From Octopus bimaculoides (taxonomy: Eukaryota): a stretch of DNA of 49,005 nt. The notes beneath the pieces are model-generated. The model was not told the origin of the DNA and searched no databases. It saw nothing but the letters and a program-made list of their open reading frames with translations. The position numbers were made by a program, and so were the translations under genes. Location: the NCBI RefSeq assembly GCF_001194135.2, contig NC_068984.1, positions 62,405,522 to 62,454,526 of the forward strand, read 5' to 3'. Below, piece by piece: positions 11,743-22,114 of this stretch. Position 1 is the first letter of the stretch. Every line of letters starts with the position of its first letter.

Positions 11743-13175
11743 CTATGAATGATTTCTTTTTTTTTTCCTTTCCGTCTTTTCTGGCTTTGCTACCTTCGTT
11801 TTTGGGACCTGAGTCTTTGTCGGTGAGTCTGCCTTTTTAGTTCTTTTTCTCGAAACCGTCTGGAATCCTTCGTTTACATTTTGTGTACTTGCTTCTTCTT
11901 CACTATCGATGATCTGCTCTAACGTTGGCTGGTACAACGTGGTCGCTCCTTCGTTGATGGCCACTTTGGCTGGGAGTGCCTTCTCTTGAATGGGTGCCCT
12001 CCTGGTAACGGCCTCCGTGGCCTGGAGTGCACCCTCTTTGATTTTGACTGAGGTTGTCTCTTTCTTCGCCTCCTCCTTGTCAACGTGTACACCCTCTTTT
12101 TTCCGGATGATTTTTACCTTTTTTTGTTGTAGAACTCCCCTCATGAGGGTCAGCTTACTTGGAGGTGGTAGTGTTAGACCGGTTCATCTCATTTTTATTT
12201 TCTGGGCACTTCTCTTTTATGTGTCCTTTTTTGCCACATTTATAACAGTGTAGCTTCCTGCCCTCTACGTGGATGGGGGTATTTATGTCCTCCATGACGA
12301 TTACCTCAGGCAGTTCCTCGAGGTCATTTATGGTAACTTGGGCCAGGATCTCGAGGGTCTGGCCTCGACAATTTTGTGGTCCGTCTTTTGATATTTGTAT
12401 TATTTTTATTTTCTCTTCTCCTTTGTACAATAGTGTAGCCACAATCCATCCCACCTCTACCTTAGGGGGAATATTTTAAATTTTGATTCGAGACGTCCTT
12501 CGCCCCAAATATAGGGGCAACAACAAAATATTTCCACTTTGCAAGGTTCGAGTCGATATTCCCTTGCACGTTCCGTCGACTCGAACTACACTTCTGTTGT
12601 GGCGAATTTACTCCCTCTTGTTAAGTATTGTTAAGTATTTGATTTCTTTCAATGTCGCACTGAAACATTTTTCAATGGTGCTCTCTTCCAGGTGTTCAAA
12701 CTTCTTGCTTTCTGCATTGTAGCTCATATAAATGATAGTTCTTTCTTTGATCATGTTTTTTAGTTCATTGAGTGGTGTTATTTTTGCCTCTCCATTGCTT
12801 TCGGTTACCATCCCGAAAAATGTTTGAATTTCTTCAATTTTTAGTACTATTTGTTCGCGACCGCCAACGGCTGAAGTGAAATTCAAATTAGAATTTTCTT
12901 CCATCGAAGACATTTTTGGTTCACACAGTTTTACACAAAAACAATGCCATATGAAATATAATTATAATTTTTCATGATAGTTTTCACAAAAATTCCTTCC
13001 CCCAAAGGGAGAGGATCACGGTTCACAATACACAGAAATTTATAACAACGTTTCCCAATGGGAAGACAATACACAAAATAATCAACGTAACGATAATTTA
13101 ACAATAACAACAGACCTTACGGCGCATCGATATTAACACAAAACGCAAATCCAGACTGGAGGTGCAAGACCACGA
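11743..13175 (-). mobile_element. L1/Tx1-like LINE ORF1 (gag-like, CCHC zinc knuckle) with 5' UTR; no ORF2
   Basis: ORF pieces 12913-12608, 12454-12155 and 12144-11743. Knuckle CYKCGKKGHIKEKC preceded by IHVEGRKLH, then a K/E-rich tail. Disrupted by stops and frameshifts. Confidence 0.75.
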
Positions 13176-13179
13176 TGTC

Positions 13180-13440
13180 CTAACATATAAGCACGAGGCT
13201 TGTTTCTATGTATTGCTTTGTATTTATGTGTTAATCTTGGCTTTCCTGCTGATGATAGCTGGCCTAGCACATTATTTTATTTTGCTAAAAATAGCTTGAA
13301 ACCTTGGTTCAGCAAATAGAAGGTAAATATTTTTATTTTTCATTCCCTTTCGAAATGATCCCTAATTGTCGTTTGGAGTTTGACTGCTCCTTCTAGCGGG
13401 TTAGATGTCCTATTATGGACGTCTCTCTCATGTGTTTAAA
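13180..13440 (+). mobile_element. Penelope-like element pseudo-LTR fragment
   Basis: Hammerhead followed by AAG|GTAAAT at 13323 and a pyrimidine-rich ...ccttcTAG at 13396 (74-nt intron candidate). The hammerhead-plus-intron layout is known for PLE terminal repeats. Confidence 0.55.
13246..13312 (+). ncRNA. Minimal type I hammerhead ribozyme (Penelope-type)
   Basis: Stem I ctg(13246-48)/cag(13310-12). Core CTGATGA 13249-55. Stem II agct/agct plus distal tagca/tgcta. GAAAC 13298-302. Short stem III acc-tt-ggt. Cleavage triplet GUU ending at 13309. One U-U mismatch closes stem II. Confidence 0.7.
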
Positions 13441-13453
13441 TGTACACTGTATA

Positions 13454-13491
<38 letters not shown>

Positions 13492-13754
13492 NNNNNNNNN
13501 NNNNNNNNNNNNNNNNNNNNNNNNNNNNNNNNNNNNNNNNNNNNNNNNNNNNNNNNNNNNNNNNNNNNNNNNNNNNNNNNNNNNNNNNNNNNNNNNNNNN
13601 NNNNNNNNNNNNNNNNNNNNNNNNNNNNNNNNNNNNNNNNNNNNNNNNNNNNNNNNNNNNNNNNNNNNNNNNNNNNNNNNNNNNNNNNNNNNNNNNNNNN
13701 NNNNNNNNNNNNNNNNNNNNNNNNNNNNNNNNNNNNNNNNNNNNNNNNNNNATA

Positions 13755-13786
<32 letters not shown>

Positions 13787-13932
13787 GGTATATGCATGTG
13801 TGTATGTATATATATATGCATATATGCATGTATTTAAGTATATATGCGCCCTTGTATGTATATCTATCTAGCTAGCTGTCACCTTTTATTCTCTCTCTCA
13901 CACACGCACACACATACACACACACACACACA

Positions 13933-14845
13933 GGCCCTTCAACTTTGTCAACGGTGCAAAAATGGGTAGCTGAATTTAGGAGGGGAAGGGAAAACCTAGA
14001 AGATGACCCAAGATTGGATACCATGCTTCTGCCATCACTGAAGAGAACATTGATCATGTTCACCACAAAGTGATGGATGACAGGAGATTTAATAATAAAC
14101 CAAACAGTCATTCCTATTAGCATATTCTGTGACAGAGTTGAGAATATTCGGCACAATGAACTTGGCACTGTGAACTTTACATGAAAAAGGCTATTGCTCA
14201 GTGTCAGTCTTCTGACACCTGATCAAAAATGCATCAGGCTGATCACATCAGGGGTAAATTTGATACTGTTTCAGGCAAATCTAGTTGGTTTCTTTGAACG
14301 TTTCCTAACCCAGGTTGAGTGTTGGTTTCATCACTTTGAGCCAGAGTCAAAGAGACAATCTATGCAGTGGAAACACCCCTCCTCACTTGAAGAAAAGGGT
14401 AATATTGTTTCATCTACAGGAAAGGCAATGGCCTGAAAGTTTTGGGATGCAAAAGGTATTATATTTATTGACTCTTTTCAAAAACACCATACCACGAATT
14501 GAGAGGAATATGTCAATTTGCTGAAGCAGTTACAAAACGCTTTCAAGACCAAATGCCCAGGAAAACTGATGAAAGGGCACATGTTTCCTAAATGCAGTAT
14601 TCCAGCACACAAGCCAATTTTTTCAATGGCAGCTGGACATTACTGCAGCTTTGAATTGGTTAGATAAGCCTCTATATTGTTCCAATTTGGTTCCATCTGA
14701 CTATCATCTGTTCCCCAATATAAAAAAAAAAACAAAAAAAAAACTTGACTGGGAACCAGTATTGTAGTGATAAAGACGTCATGTCTGCTGTTGATGACTT
14801 TTTTCAGCAATAGGATAAAGTCTTCTTCACCAATGAGAAGAAGTG
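13933..14845 (+). mobile_element. Decayed mariner (DD34D-type) transposase
   Basis: STVQKWVAEFRRGRENLEDDPR, LLTPDQKCIRL, ECWFHHFEPESKRQSMQWKHPSS, FWDAKGI and PSDYHLFP fragments, with frameshifts. Confidence 0.92.
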
Positions 14846-15726
14846 TGTGNNNNNNNNNNNNNNNNNNNNNNNNNNNNNNNNNNNNNNNNNNNNNNNNNNN
14901 NNNNNNNNNNNNNNNNNNNNNNNNNNNNNNNNNNNNNNNNNNNNNNNNNNNNNNNNNNNNNNNNNNNNNNNNNNNNNNNNNNNNNNNNNNNNNNNNNNNN
15001 NNNNNNNNNNNNNNNNNNNNNNNNNNNNNNNNNNNNNNNNNNNNNNNNNNNNNNNNNNNNNNNNNNNNNNNNNNNNNNNNNNNNNNNNNNNNNNNNNNNN
15101 NNNNNNNNNNNNNNNNNNNNNNNNNNNNNNNNNNNNNNNNNNNNNNNNNNNNNNNNNNNNNNNNNNNNNNNNNNNNNNNNNNNNNNNNNNNNNNNNNNNN
15201 NNNNNNNNNNNNNNNNNNNNNNNNNNNNNNNNNNNNNNNNNNNNNNNNNNNNNNNNNNNNNNNNNNNNNNNNNNNNNNNNNNNNNNNNNNNNNNNNNNNN
15301 NNNNNNNNNNNNNNNNNNNNNNNNNNNNNNNNNNNNNNNNNNNNNNNNNNNNNNNNNNNNNNNNNNNNNNNNNNNNNNNNNNNNNNNNNNNNNNNNNNNN
15401 NNNNNNNNNNNNNNNNNNNNNNNNNNNNNNNNNNNNNNNNNNNNNNNNNNNNNNNNNNNNNNNNNNNNNNNNNNNNNNNNNNNNNNNNNNNNNGGGGGGG
15501 GGGTTATGGCAGTACATGTGTGGCATCAAATTCTGTTTTTTGCCTTCCTTCAGGTTCTCATTAATCTTTCTGTTTTCTCTGTCTTTCTCTTTCTCTCTCT
15601 TGAACAGTTCAAGGAAAAGAGATAGAAAATAAGGGACACATGTAAAGGGATACATAAAATAGAAAAGAAAGTGAGAAGAGAAATAGTTATGATGGCGACA
15701 GGTTCAAAGCTAGCTAACACATAAAC

Positions 15727-17075
15727 CAGTGGTTCCCAAATGTTTGTGGCTCATGCCCATCCCCATTGAAACTTTTACCTTTTCTGTGAACCCATACATA
15801 TTTATTTAATGTAAAAGTACTTCAATTTGTTAATAAATAATTAATATTAGAAACAAGCCACATTTGAAAAAATTAAGAATCTTTAATAAAAATTTTTGTA
15901 AAATTTATCATATAATAATGAAATTTTAAACATTGTTTTTAAATTAGTTTTATTATGATGTACTTTATTTCTATGAATATTTAAAAATCAATAATTAGTA
16001 ATGAAACAGCATTCAAACAAAAAGTTTTAATAGTAAACATTTTTAAAAGAAAATTTTCAAAGGTGACCTGCTTTCTACCAATAACAATAAACTCCATAAA
16101 GTATCAGTGTCTATTAATTGCATATTTATTCTCTATTATTCTATATCAGAAAAACAAAGAATATTTTGTGGGTTCAATAAAACAACCATTCATATCATAT
16201 ATCATTTTTCTGATGTAACATGCATAACAAAAAACTTTCTTGATAACCAGAAAATTAATAACATCTAAAATATGATTAGTGTCTCAGCACAAAAATAAAA
16301 TCTTTTTTGGCAAAATAGAAATAAATATTGCCTTTTCACTGTTAAGATTCAGTTAGATCCTTGCAGGTGATGCAGTTATGCAAGTATTTTAATATCAGGG
16401 TCCATGGTAGTTAGAAACAAATGAAGATCACCTTTACTTAACAATTTCTAAACGATCGTGACATTTTAATAATAAGAAAGACATACAGCTAAAATCTAAC
16501 TCAACTAGGTAAGATGCAGGCAAGGTAAGGAAATATAATTTTACTTACTGTTAAAGCAATGGTGTTTTCTAGTAAGCCTGATATCAACATGAGTTACATT
16601 TGTCCCATATTAGTCTATCACCAACTTGGGACATTCATTTTCAGATCTTTGAACCTATTTTCCATATCATTGCATAGTTCCTTCAAGTGCTCAATTTACA
16701 TTAAAAAATCATTCTCATGCATTCATTAGTGGTAAGGTTTGGAAAATGCATCAACTCCTTATGCCCTATAGTTATCCTGAACAGGTTAACTTTTCCATGG
16801 AAAGTACTAGAAGCCTTTATGTAAACTAAAGGGTTTGTATTTTTAACTTCTAGCTGTTTGTTCAGCAAATTTAGCATTTCAGCAATATTTGAAAGGTAGA
16901 ATTTATCGCATTTGGCAGCTAGTGTTTCTTCTCTAAGCTGTTTACCATTCAGTAACAATTTCAATGCTGTCCTGGTGTTCAACAAAGCAACACAAGCAAT
17001 TACTCTTAGAGATTGTCAGTGGATGTATGAACTTCAAAGCAGTAACATAATATTTAATTCATACAAGACTTTGCA
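15727..17075 (-). mobile_element. hAT (Buster/Charlie-like) transposon 3' part
   Basis: TIR cagtggttcccaa at 15727. Minus-strand fragments YLSNIAEMLNLLNKQLEVKNT...FHGKVNLF...KELMHFPNL and the dimerisation-region SYLVELDFS...RLEIVSKGDLHLFLT. Confidence 0.85.
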
Positions 17076-17444
17076 ATGCCAGCTTGATGTTTTATTCATC
17101 AATGATGAATTAATATTGAAATGTCAAATGAATCCTTGTTTCTTGTTTTTTTTTCTGTGATGATGGAACTTAAAGTATGAAAAATGTATGTGTACGTATG
17201 CTTTTGTATGGTAATTTTTGAAGAAATAACAGACAAGAATAGGATTTTATGAAGAAACACAGACAGTTACATGGCTTGCTTCATCTAGATTTTGCTCTCA
17301 ATTCTTAAATTTTCCTGAAGCTCCACTGAACTTTGACATGGACCTTTCAGGGATTATATGACTCTAGAATGGAAAACATCAACATAGTGCATGACAAAAT
17401 GCTCCTAGAATGAACTGCTAGAATTATTTACATTGGGTTCACCA

Positions 17445-17600
17445 AGAAGGTAAGCTAGCAGAATAATTAGCATGTCTCAAGTTTGACTTTTCATTTTGGG
17501 GTCAATAAAATAAATACCAGTTGAGCACTGGCATTGATGAAATCAACAGGCCTTCCCTTACTCATACTTTCAGGCCTTGTGTCTATAGCTGCAAGAATTT
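17445..17600 (+). mobile_element. SINE family B, internally deleted
   Basis: ggggtcaataaaataaataccagttgagcactgg block. Confidence 0.7.
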
Positions 17601-17739
17601 GCATTGGGTTACTTATTTGTGGATGGATGTTGAAAACTTCAGTTTTTTAATTCATCCATTTCTTTAATTACCTTATAGTATAGTGATTATTCTTTCATAT
17701 CTTTTGCAGCACTACTGCATTATTGAGCATGTAGACAAT

Positions 17740-17925
17740 CCCAAATCAGTTGTCAAGTGGTTGAGGGACAAACACACTCACACAGTTTCTATCTACCAAA
17801 CTCATTCAGAAGGCATTAGTTAGTCTGGGGCTGCTGTAAAAGACACTTGCCCAAGGTGTCACTCAGCATGACTGAATCTGAAACTTAGTAGTTGCAAAGT
17901 AAACCTTATAACCACAGCCATGCCT
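17740..17925 (-). mobile_element. SINE family A (head plus tail remnant)
   Basis: gacacttgcccaaggtg (reverse CORE-like block) and ctaccaaactcattcagaaggc. Confidence 0.75.
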
Positions 17926-17934
17926 ATACCTTTT

Positions 17935-18150
17935 GAATATTGGTTTCGAATTTTGGCACAAGACCAGTAATTTGGTGGGGACAGGGTAGTCAATTACACC
18001 CCAGTGCTCTACTGATACTTATTTCATTGACCCCGAAATAATAGAAGCAAAGTCAGCCTCAGTAGAATTTGAAATCAGAACACAAGGACAGACAAAATGT
18101 CACTAAGCATTTTGTCCAGCATATAAAAGAATCTGCTTGCTACTTACACC
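17935..18150 (-). mobile_element. SINE family B
   Basis: ccccagtgctctactgatacttatttcattgaccccgaaa...aatttgaaatcagaac (reverse central block and B box). Confidence 0.75.
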
Positions 18151-18704
18151 TTTTGAATATTATCGAGACATTGTGTTCCCAATCAATCTCCCTAGCAGTT
18201 ATAATTCCACTAGCAACAAATATCTTCCCTACTCCAAAGCATCTTTGTAAATGAAATACAAAATATCCTTCTACTTCAAACACAAAATATCTCTCAAATT
18301 TTGATAATCTTCACATGCAAAGTGACAGACGTGCTTTTCTTTTTAGAATCACAAGAAGTAAAAGAAGCAAGACAAAGAGTTTTCTTCATTAAAGCACTTT
18401 CACATGGATTGACATTGGCATTTGAAATCATGCAATGTTATCAATATGCATAGAAGTGTCACTTTAAAACATTGCTAAATAATGAACATGACAGCCTACC
18501 TCAAAGGAAGAAACTGAAGGATCAGCTATTACTAAATGTTTCAGCATGGATAGAAAGACATATAAGGCTTTGAAGTAGTTGAAAGCTGCAGATTTATCAA
18601 GTATATTGAAAGCATAGGTATACATAGATAGCATACTAATTTCTCAGTAAAGTGCAAAATGGTTTCGCTCTCAAATGACTAGTACTGAACTATCATCAGA
18701 AACT

Positions 18705-18980
18705 TTAAACCCTTTAGCATTCAAATTAATCTATCAAATACAATGTCTTTATATTCATGTTATTTTGAATTACTCTAGCATTGTCTCCTAGCTTTGTGAT
18801 TTTAAAGATGTGATTTTTTATTTTTAGAATGACATTTTCAGAATGACAGTTATTTCTAAAATGACATTTAGTTTTAGAATGACAAAGCATAGGTGTGAGA
18901 GGCCAGATCTGGCCAGTTTGATCATAAAACTGAAAGGATATTTGAGCCAGATTTGGAAAGTTTAAATGCTAAAGGATTAA
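18705..18980. mobile_element. piggyBac-like MITE
   Basis: Inverted termini ttaaaccctttagcattc / aaatgctaaaggattaa with TTAA at both ends, and internal agaatgaca repeats. Confidence 0.7.
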
Positions 18981-19362
18981 ATAATGATAAAAATGCACTG
19001 AAGAAGGGGCAATTACAGAAGCCTCACATTAGGAAAATAAGACTTGACAACAGCTTGGAAACTTATGAAAGTTAATCATAGATTTGATTTGGATAAAATG
19101 CTGTTTGGAATGGGATAAAATTAGATAAAATGCTGTTTGGAATTGGATCACCAATGTCATGCTTCAGATGCAACCACTGCAAGTTAAGTTCTTAGCAAAG
19201 AGTAAAGAAGAAACCACTCGCATCTGTTTAACTGAAGAATGCTTTTGCTAGTTACTCTACAGATTAATGAGTGTAGAAAAGCTAGGTGGGGAGGAATTGC
19301 TTGTAAGAGAAAGTGTAATTGAATACATGGCCACCATAATGATTATTAGGATTAAGGACAAC

Positions 19363-19545
19363 AATGATGATGATGGTGGTGTTGATGCTATTGTTGCAGC
19401 TGCTGCTGATGATGATGGTGATATTTGTGCTATTGCTGCAGCTGTTGCTTCTGCAGCTGTTGCTGCTGCTGCTGCTGATGATGATGATGATGAAGATGAT
19501 GACAACGATGATTATGACTATGATTATGTTGATGATGGAGAGATC
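19363..19545. repeat. Compound trinucleotide tract (GAT/GCT/GTT)
   Basis: Directly visible. It generates the poly-Ala/Asp/Ser ORFs in the track. Confidence 0.9.
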
Positions 19546-19915
19546 ATTCTTGGCTCCTCAATCAAACCAACATAGTTATGCTGACAACATCCAAAGGGCA
19601 TCGACCTAACGTCTTATTGGATGTTTCTCTTACTGTTGCTGCTACATCTAGTCAGGAGAACTATGTTAAAAGACATCCCTGTGATGACCATCTCATTTTT
19701 TTTTTCAGGTATAGTGTTTTGGAGATTATGGTATCCGATGCATCTTTACATTTTTAAGAAAGTACAGTGGGATACCAGAGAGTTTCAGCTGATATTTCTA
19801 GTATCCCAAGAAACTATATAAAAGCCATTTACTTAGTACTCCTTATTTGGTATTGAAGTAGTTATATGGAGGAATCTAATTAGTAATTATGAACATTAAT
19901 TTTGTGACAAATTAC

Positions 19916-19981
19916 TTACTATAGATAATGAACATATTAGTAAGTTTTTTTTCTTACTAATATGTTCATTATCTATAGTAA
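19916..19981. repeat. Perfect 29-bp inverted repeat with T8 spacer
   Basis: ttactatagataatgaacatattagtaag (19916-44), tttttttt, cttactaatatgttcattatctatagtaa (19953-81). Confidence 0.97.
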
Positions 19982-19985
19982 TTTT

Positions 19986-20057
19986 GCGGATATAGCTCAG
20001 TGGTAGAGCATTTGACTGCAAATTGAGAGGTCCCAGGTTTGAAAGTGGGTGTCCCTT
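19986..20057 (+). pseudogene. tRNA-Cys(GCA) pseudogene
   Basis: Matches the eukaryotic tRNA-Cys pattern (tatagctcagtggtagagcatttgactgca...gaggtccc), anticodon GCA at 20018-20, T6 terminator at 20061-66. The T-arm (ggtttgaaagt) and acceptor stem are mismatched. Confidence 0.85.
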
Positions 20058-20239
20058 CAGTTTTTTGGGGTGTCCTATGGGACAATCTAGATGAGATGAG
20101 ATATTAGTAAGACTAATTCTGTAAAAGTTTTAAAGAAAAGTACAATAACTGAAACATTATCTTCACTTATGTAACTTAAAACAATGATGATTTTCCCAAA
20201 TTTAATAAATTTATCTAATTTAGTCCTATATTATACAGA

Positions 20240-20580
20240 TAGGCATGGTTGTATGGTAAGAAGTTTGCTCCTGAACTACATGGTATCCTGTTCAGTTCTA
20301 CTGCATGGCATCTTGGGCAAGTAACCTCTACTATAACTCCAGGCAGACCAAAGCCTTGTGACTGGATTTTTAGATGGAAATGGAAAGAAGTCTGTCTGTC
20401 TGACCATTACTTAACAACTAGTGCTAGTCTGTTTATGTCTCTGTAACTTAACAATTCAGCAAGTGACTGATAGAATACTTTAAAAAATAAGACCTGGAGT
20501 TGATTTGTTCAGCTAAGATCCTTCTAAGTGGTACCCCAGCATGGTCACAGCTCAGTAACTGAAGCAAGTAAAAAATAAGA
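20240..20580 (+). mobile_element. Bipartite SINE family A (head plus tail)
   Basis: Head gcatggttgtatggtaagaagtttgct...cttgggcaagt...ccaaagccttgtga and tail ...ccccagcatggtcacagctcagtaactgaagcaagtaaaaa. Confidence 0.8.
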
Positions 20581-21510
20581 GAAACAAAAATTTCATGTGA
20601 AATTTTTTTTTCCCCACCCCATATACAAATTGCAATACAGGTTCAAGGTCATAGAATCTGAATGATAAAGCATTACTAAATTTATTCAGTACTAGTGTGG
20701 TTCTTATTTTATTAATGTGATTGATATGAGGCAAAGTTTACCGGAACAGGATTTAAACTCAGAAGGAAGAATGATGCAACAAAGTACTGCAGGGTATTAT
20801 TTTCATCAATTTAGCATCTACACTAAGAATCTACCAATATTTTTCACTCATTTAGCATTAATGTAAATAATGAAACATTTTATTTGTTGGAGTTACATTT
20901 GTAGTTTCTTCATTATTTTACTTCCTTTTCTGTTTAATGTAAAACTCGATTAATCTTATACCACAATGATTAATGTTTCTAATAAATGCATAGATGTTCA
21001 CAAAAATTTCTTAAATTGGATCAACTTTGTTTTGTTCTTGTTGATGAAAGGCCGATGTTAATTCTACATGCGTTGAAAGTTTAATTAATAATACAAACGA
21101 TAACAAGTGACTTTTTTTCAAAGTAATGAAAGCAAACTAAATCTTTAGTTGATTGAAATATTCCACACATTTCTACACATAAGAAAACTGTGATTTCAAA
21201 AGATACAATTGCATAATTTAATAGTACATTTTTTTTTTCTCCCTCACATGAAATGTAACAAAGTAATCTATTGAGAATAAATTATAGAATATTTTATTTA
21301 AGGAAATTATACATTGTATTGCTGATGAAATTAAGTGAAACAGTAAAAGCATGTGTGATATATAAACTAACAGTACTTTAAGAATGGAGATAACGTTCAG
21401 GGTGCCACACATTTGATGATGATAAAAAGCACTATATGTATTAGTTATCATTTAAGATTTTAAGGTTTGTCTATCATAAAATGATCACTCTGCAAATATA
21501 AGCAAAAATG

Positions 21511-21880
21511 GGTGCTGCTTTAGCATGCAGTCTACCACAGTGTTTGTAGTCCATGATGTGAAATGACCTGGTCTGGATTACAATTAAGGTTAGGGTTTAG
21601 GGTTTAGGGTAAAGGTTTGGAGCTAGAGCTTAGGGTTAGGGTTTAAGATTAGGGTTTAGGATTAGAGTTTAAGGTTAGTGTTTAGTGCTAGGGATTAGAG
21701 TTTAGGGTTGGGGGTTTAGTGTTAGAGTTTAGGATTAGGATTTAAGATTTAGGGTTAAGGTTTAAGGTTAGGGTTTAGTGTTAAGGTTTAGAGTTACGGT
21801 TTAAGATTAGGGTTAGGATTAGGATTAGACTGCATACTAAAGTGTAAATAACCAGGTAAATTATAAACTAAAGTAGCACC
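21511..21880. mobile_element. MITE with telomere-like internal array
   Basis: Outer TIR ggtgctgctttag (21511-23) / ctaaagtagcacc (21868-80). Inner inverted pair 21518-34 / 21826-42 (16 of 17 match). Confidence 0.65.
21584..21828 (+). repeat. Degenerate (TTAGGG/TTTAGGG)n interstitial telomere-like array
   Basis: Many ttaggg, tttaggg, ttagag, ttagtg and ttaagg variants in tandem. Confidence 0.9.
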
Positions 21881-21919
21881 AAATAAATTGTGAGTGAATT
21901 TGGTAGACAGAAACTAAAA

Positions 21920-22078
21920 AGAGCAAAGCTGTGAAGTAAGAAGCTTGCTTCTCAACAACATGGTTCATGGTTCAGTCCTACAAGGTGGCATTTTGGGCAA
22001 TTGCCTTCTTCAATAGCCTCAAGCTGACCCAAGCCTTTTGAGTGGATTTGGGAGATGGAAACTGAAAAATGTCTGTCA
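21920..22078 (+). mobile_element. SINE family A head
   Basis: ggttcagtcc...ttgggcaattgccttc...gagtggatttgggagatggaaactg, followed by (AT)n. Confidence 0.75.
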
Positions 22079-22114
22079 TATATATATATATATATATGTA
22101 TATAAATATGCATA

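Noticed and set aside
18347-18455. Isolated plus-strand acceptors followed by short open frames (also 19709, 24982, 28494, 43269)
   Set aside because: Each ends in a stop without a convincing donor or recognisable peptide; such sites are common in AT-rich introns.
18655-18705. Minus-strand CTGATGA...GAAAC
   Set aside because: No complementary stem II, III or I around the two motifs; consistent with chance.
19257-19609. Poly-Ala/Asp or poly-Ser protein ORFs
   Set aside because: Explained by a trinucleotide tract open in three frames, with no domain or splice context.
19986-20057. Functional tRNA-Cys gene
   Set aside because: The B box/T-loop is mutated (TTTGAAA), the T stem has two mismatches, the anticodon stem is mostly G-U, and the acceptor stem has a C-C mismatch.
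20071-20090. Helitron 3' end (tgtcc-tatg-ggaca hairpin plus CTAG)
   Set aside because: The hairpin is only 5 bp and 2 nt from CTAG, and no 5' TC end or Rep/helicase sequence is evident.
21584-21828. True telomere or chromosome-fusion scar
   Set aside because: The array is short, degenerate, single-orientation (no head-to-head inversion) and enclosed by inverted repeats.
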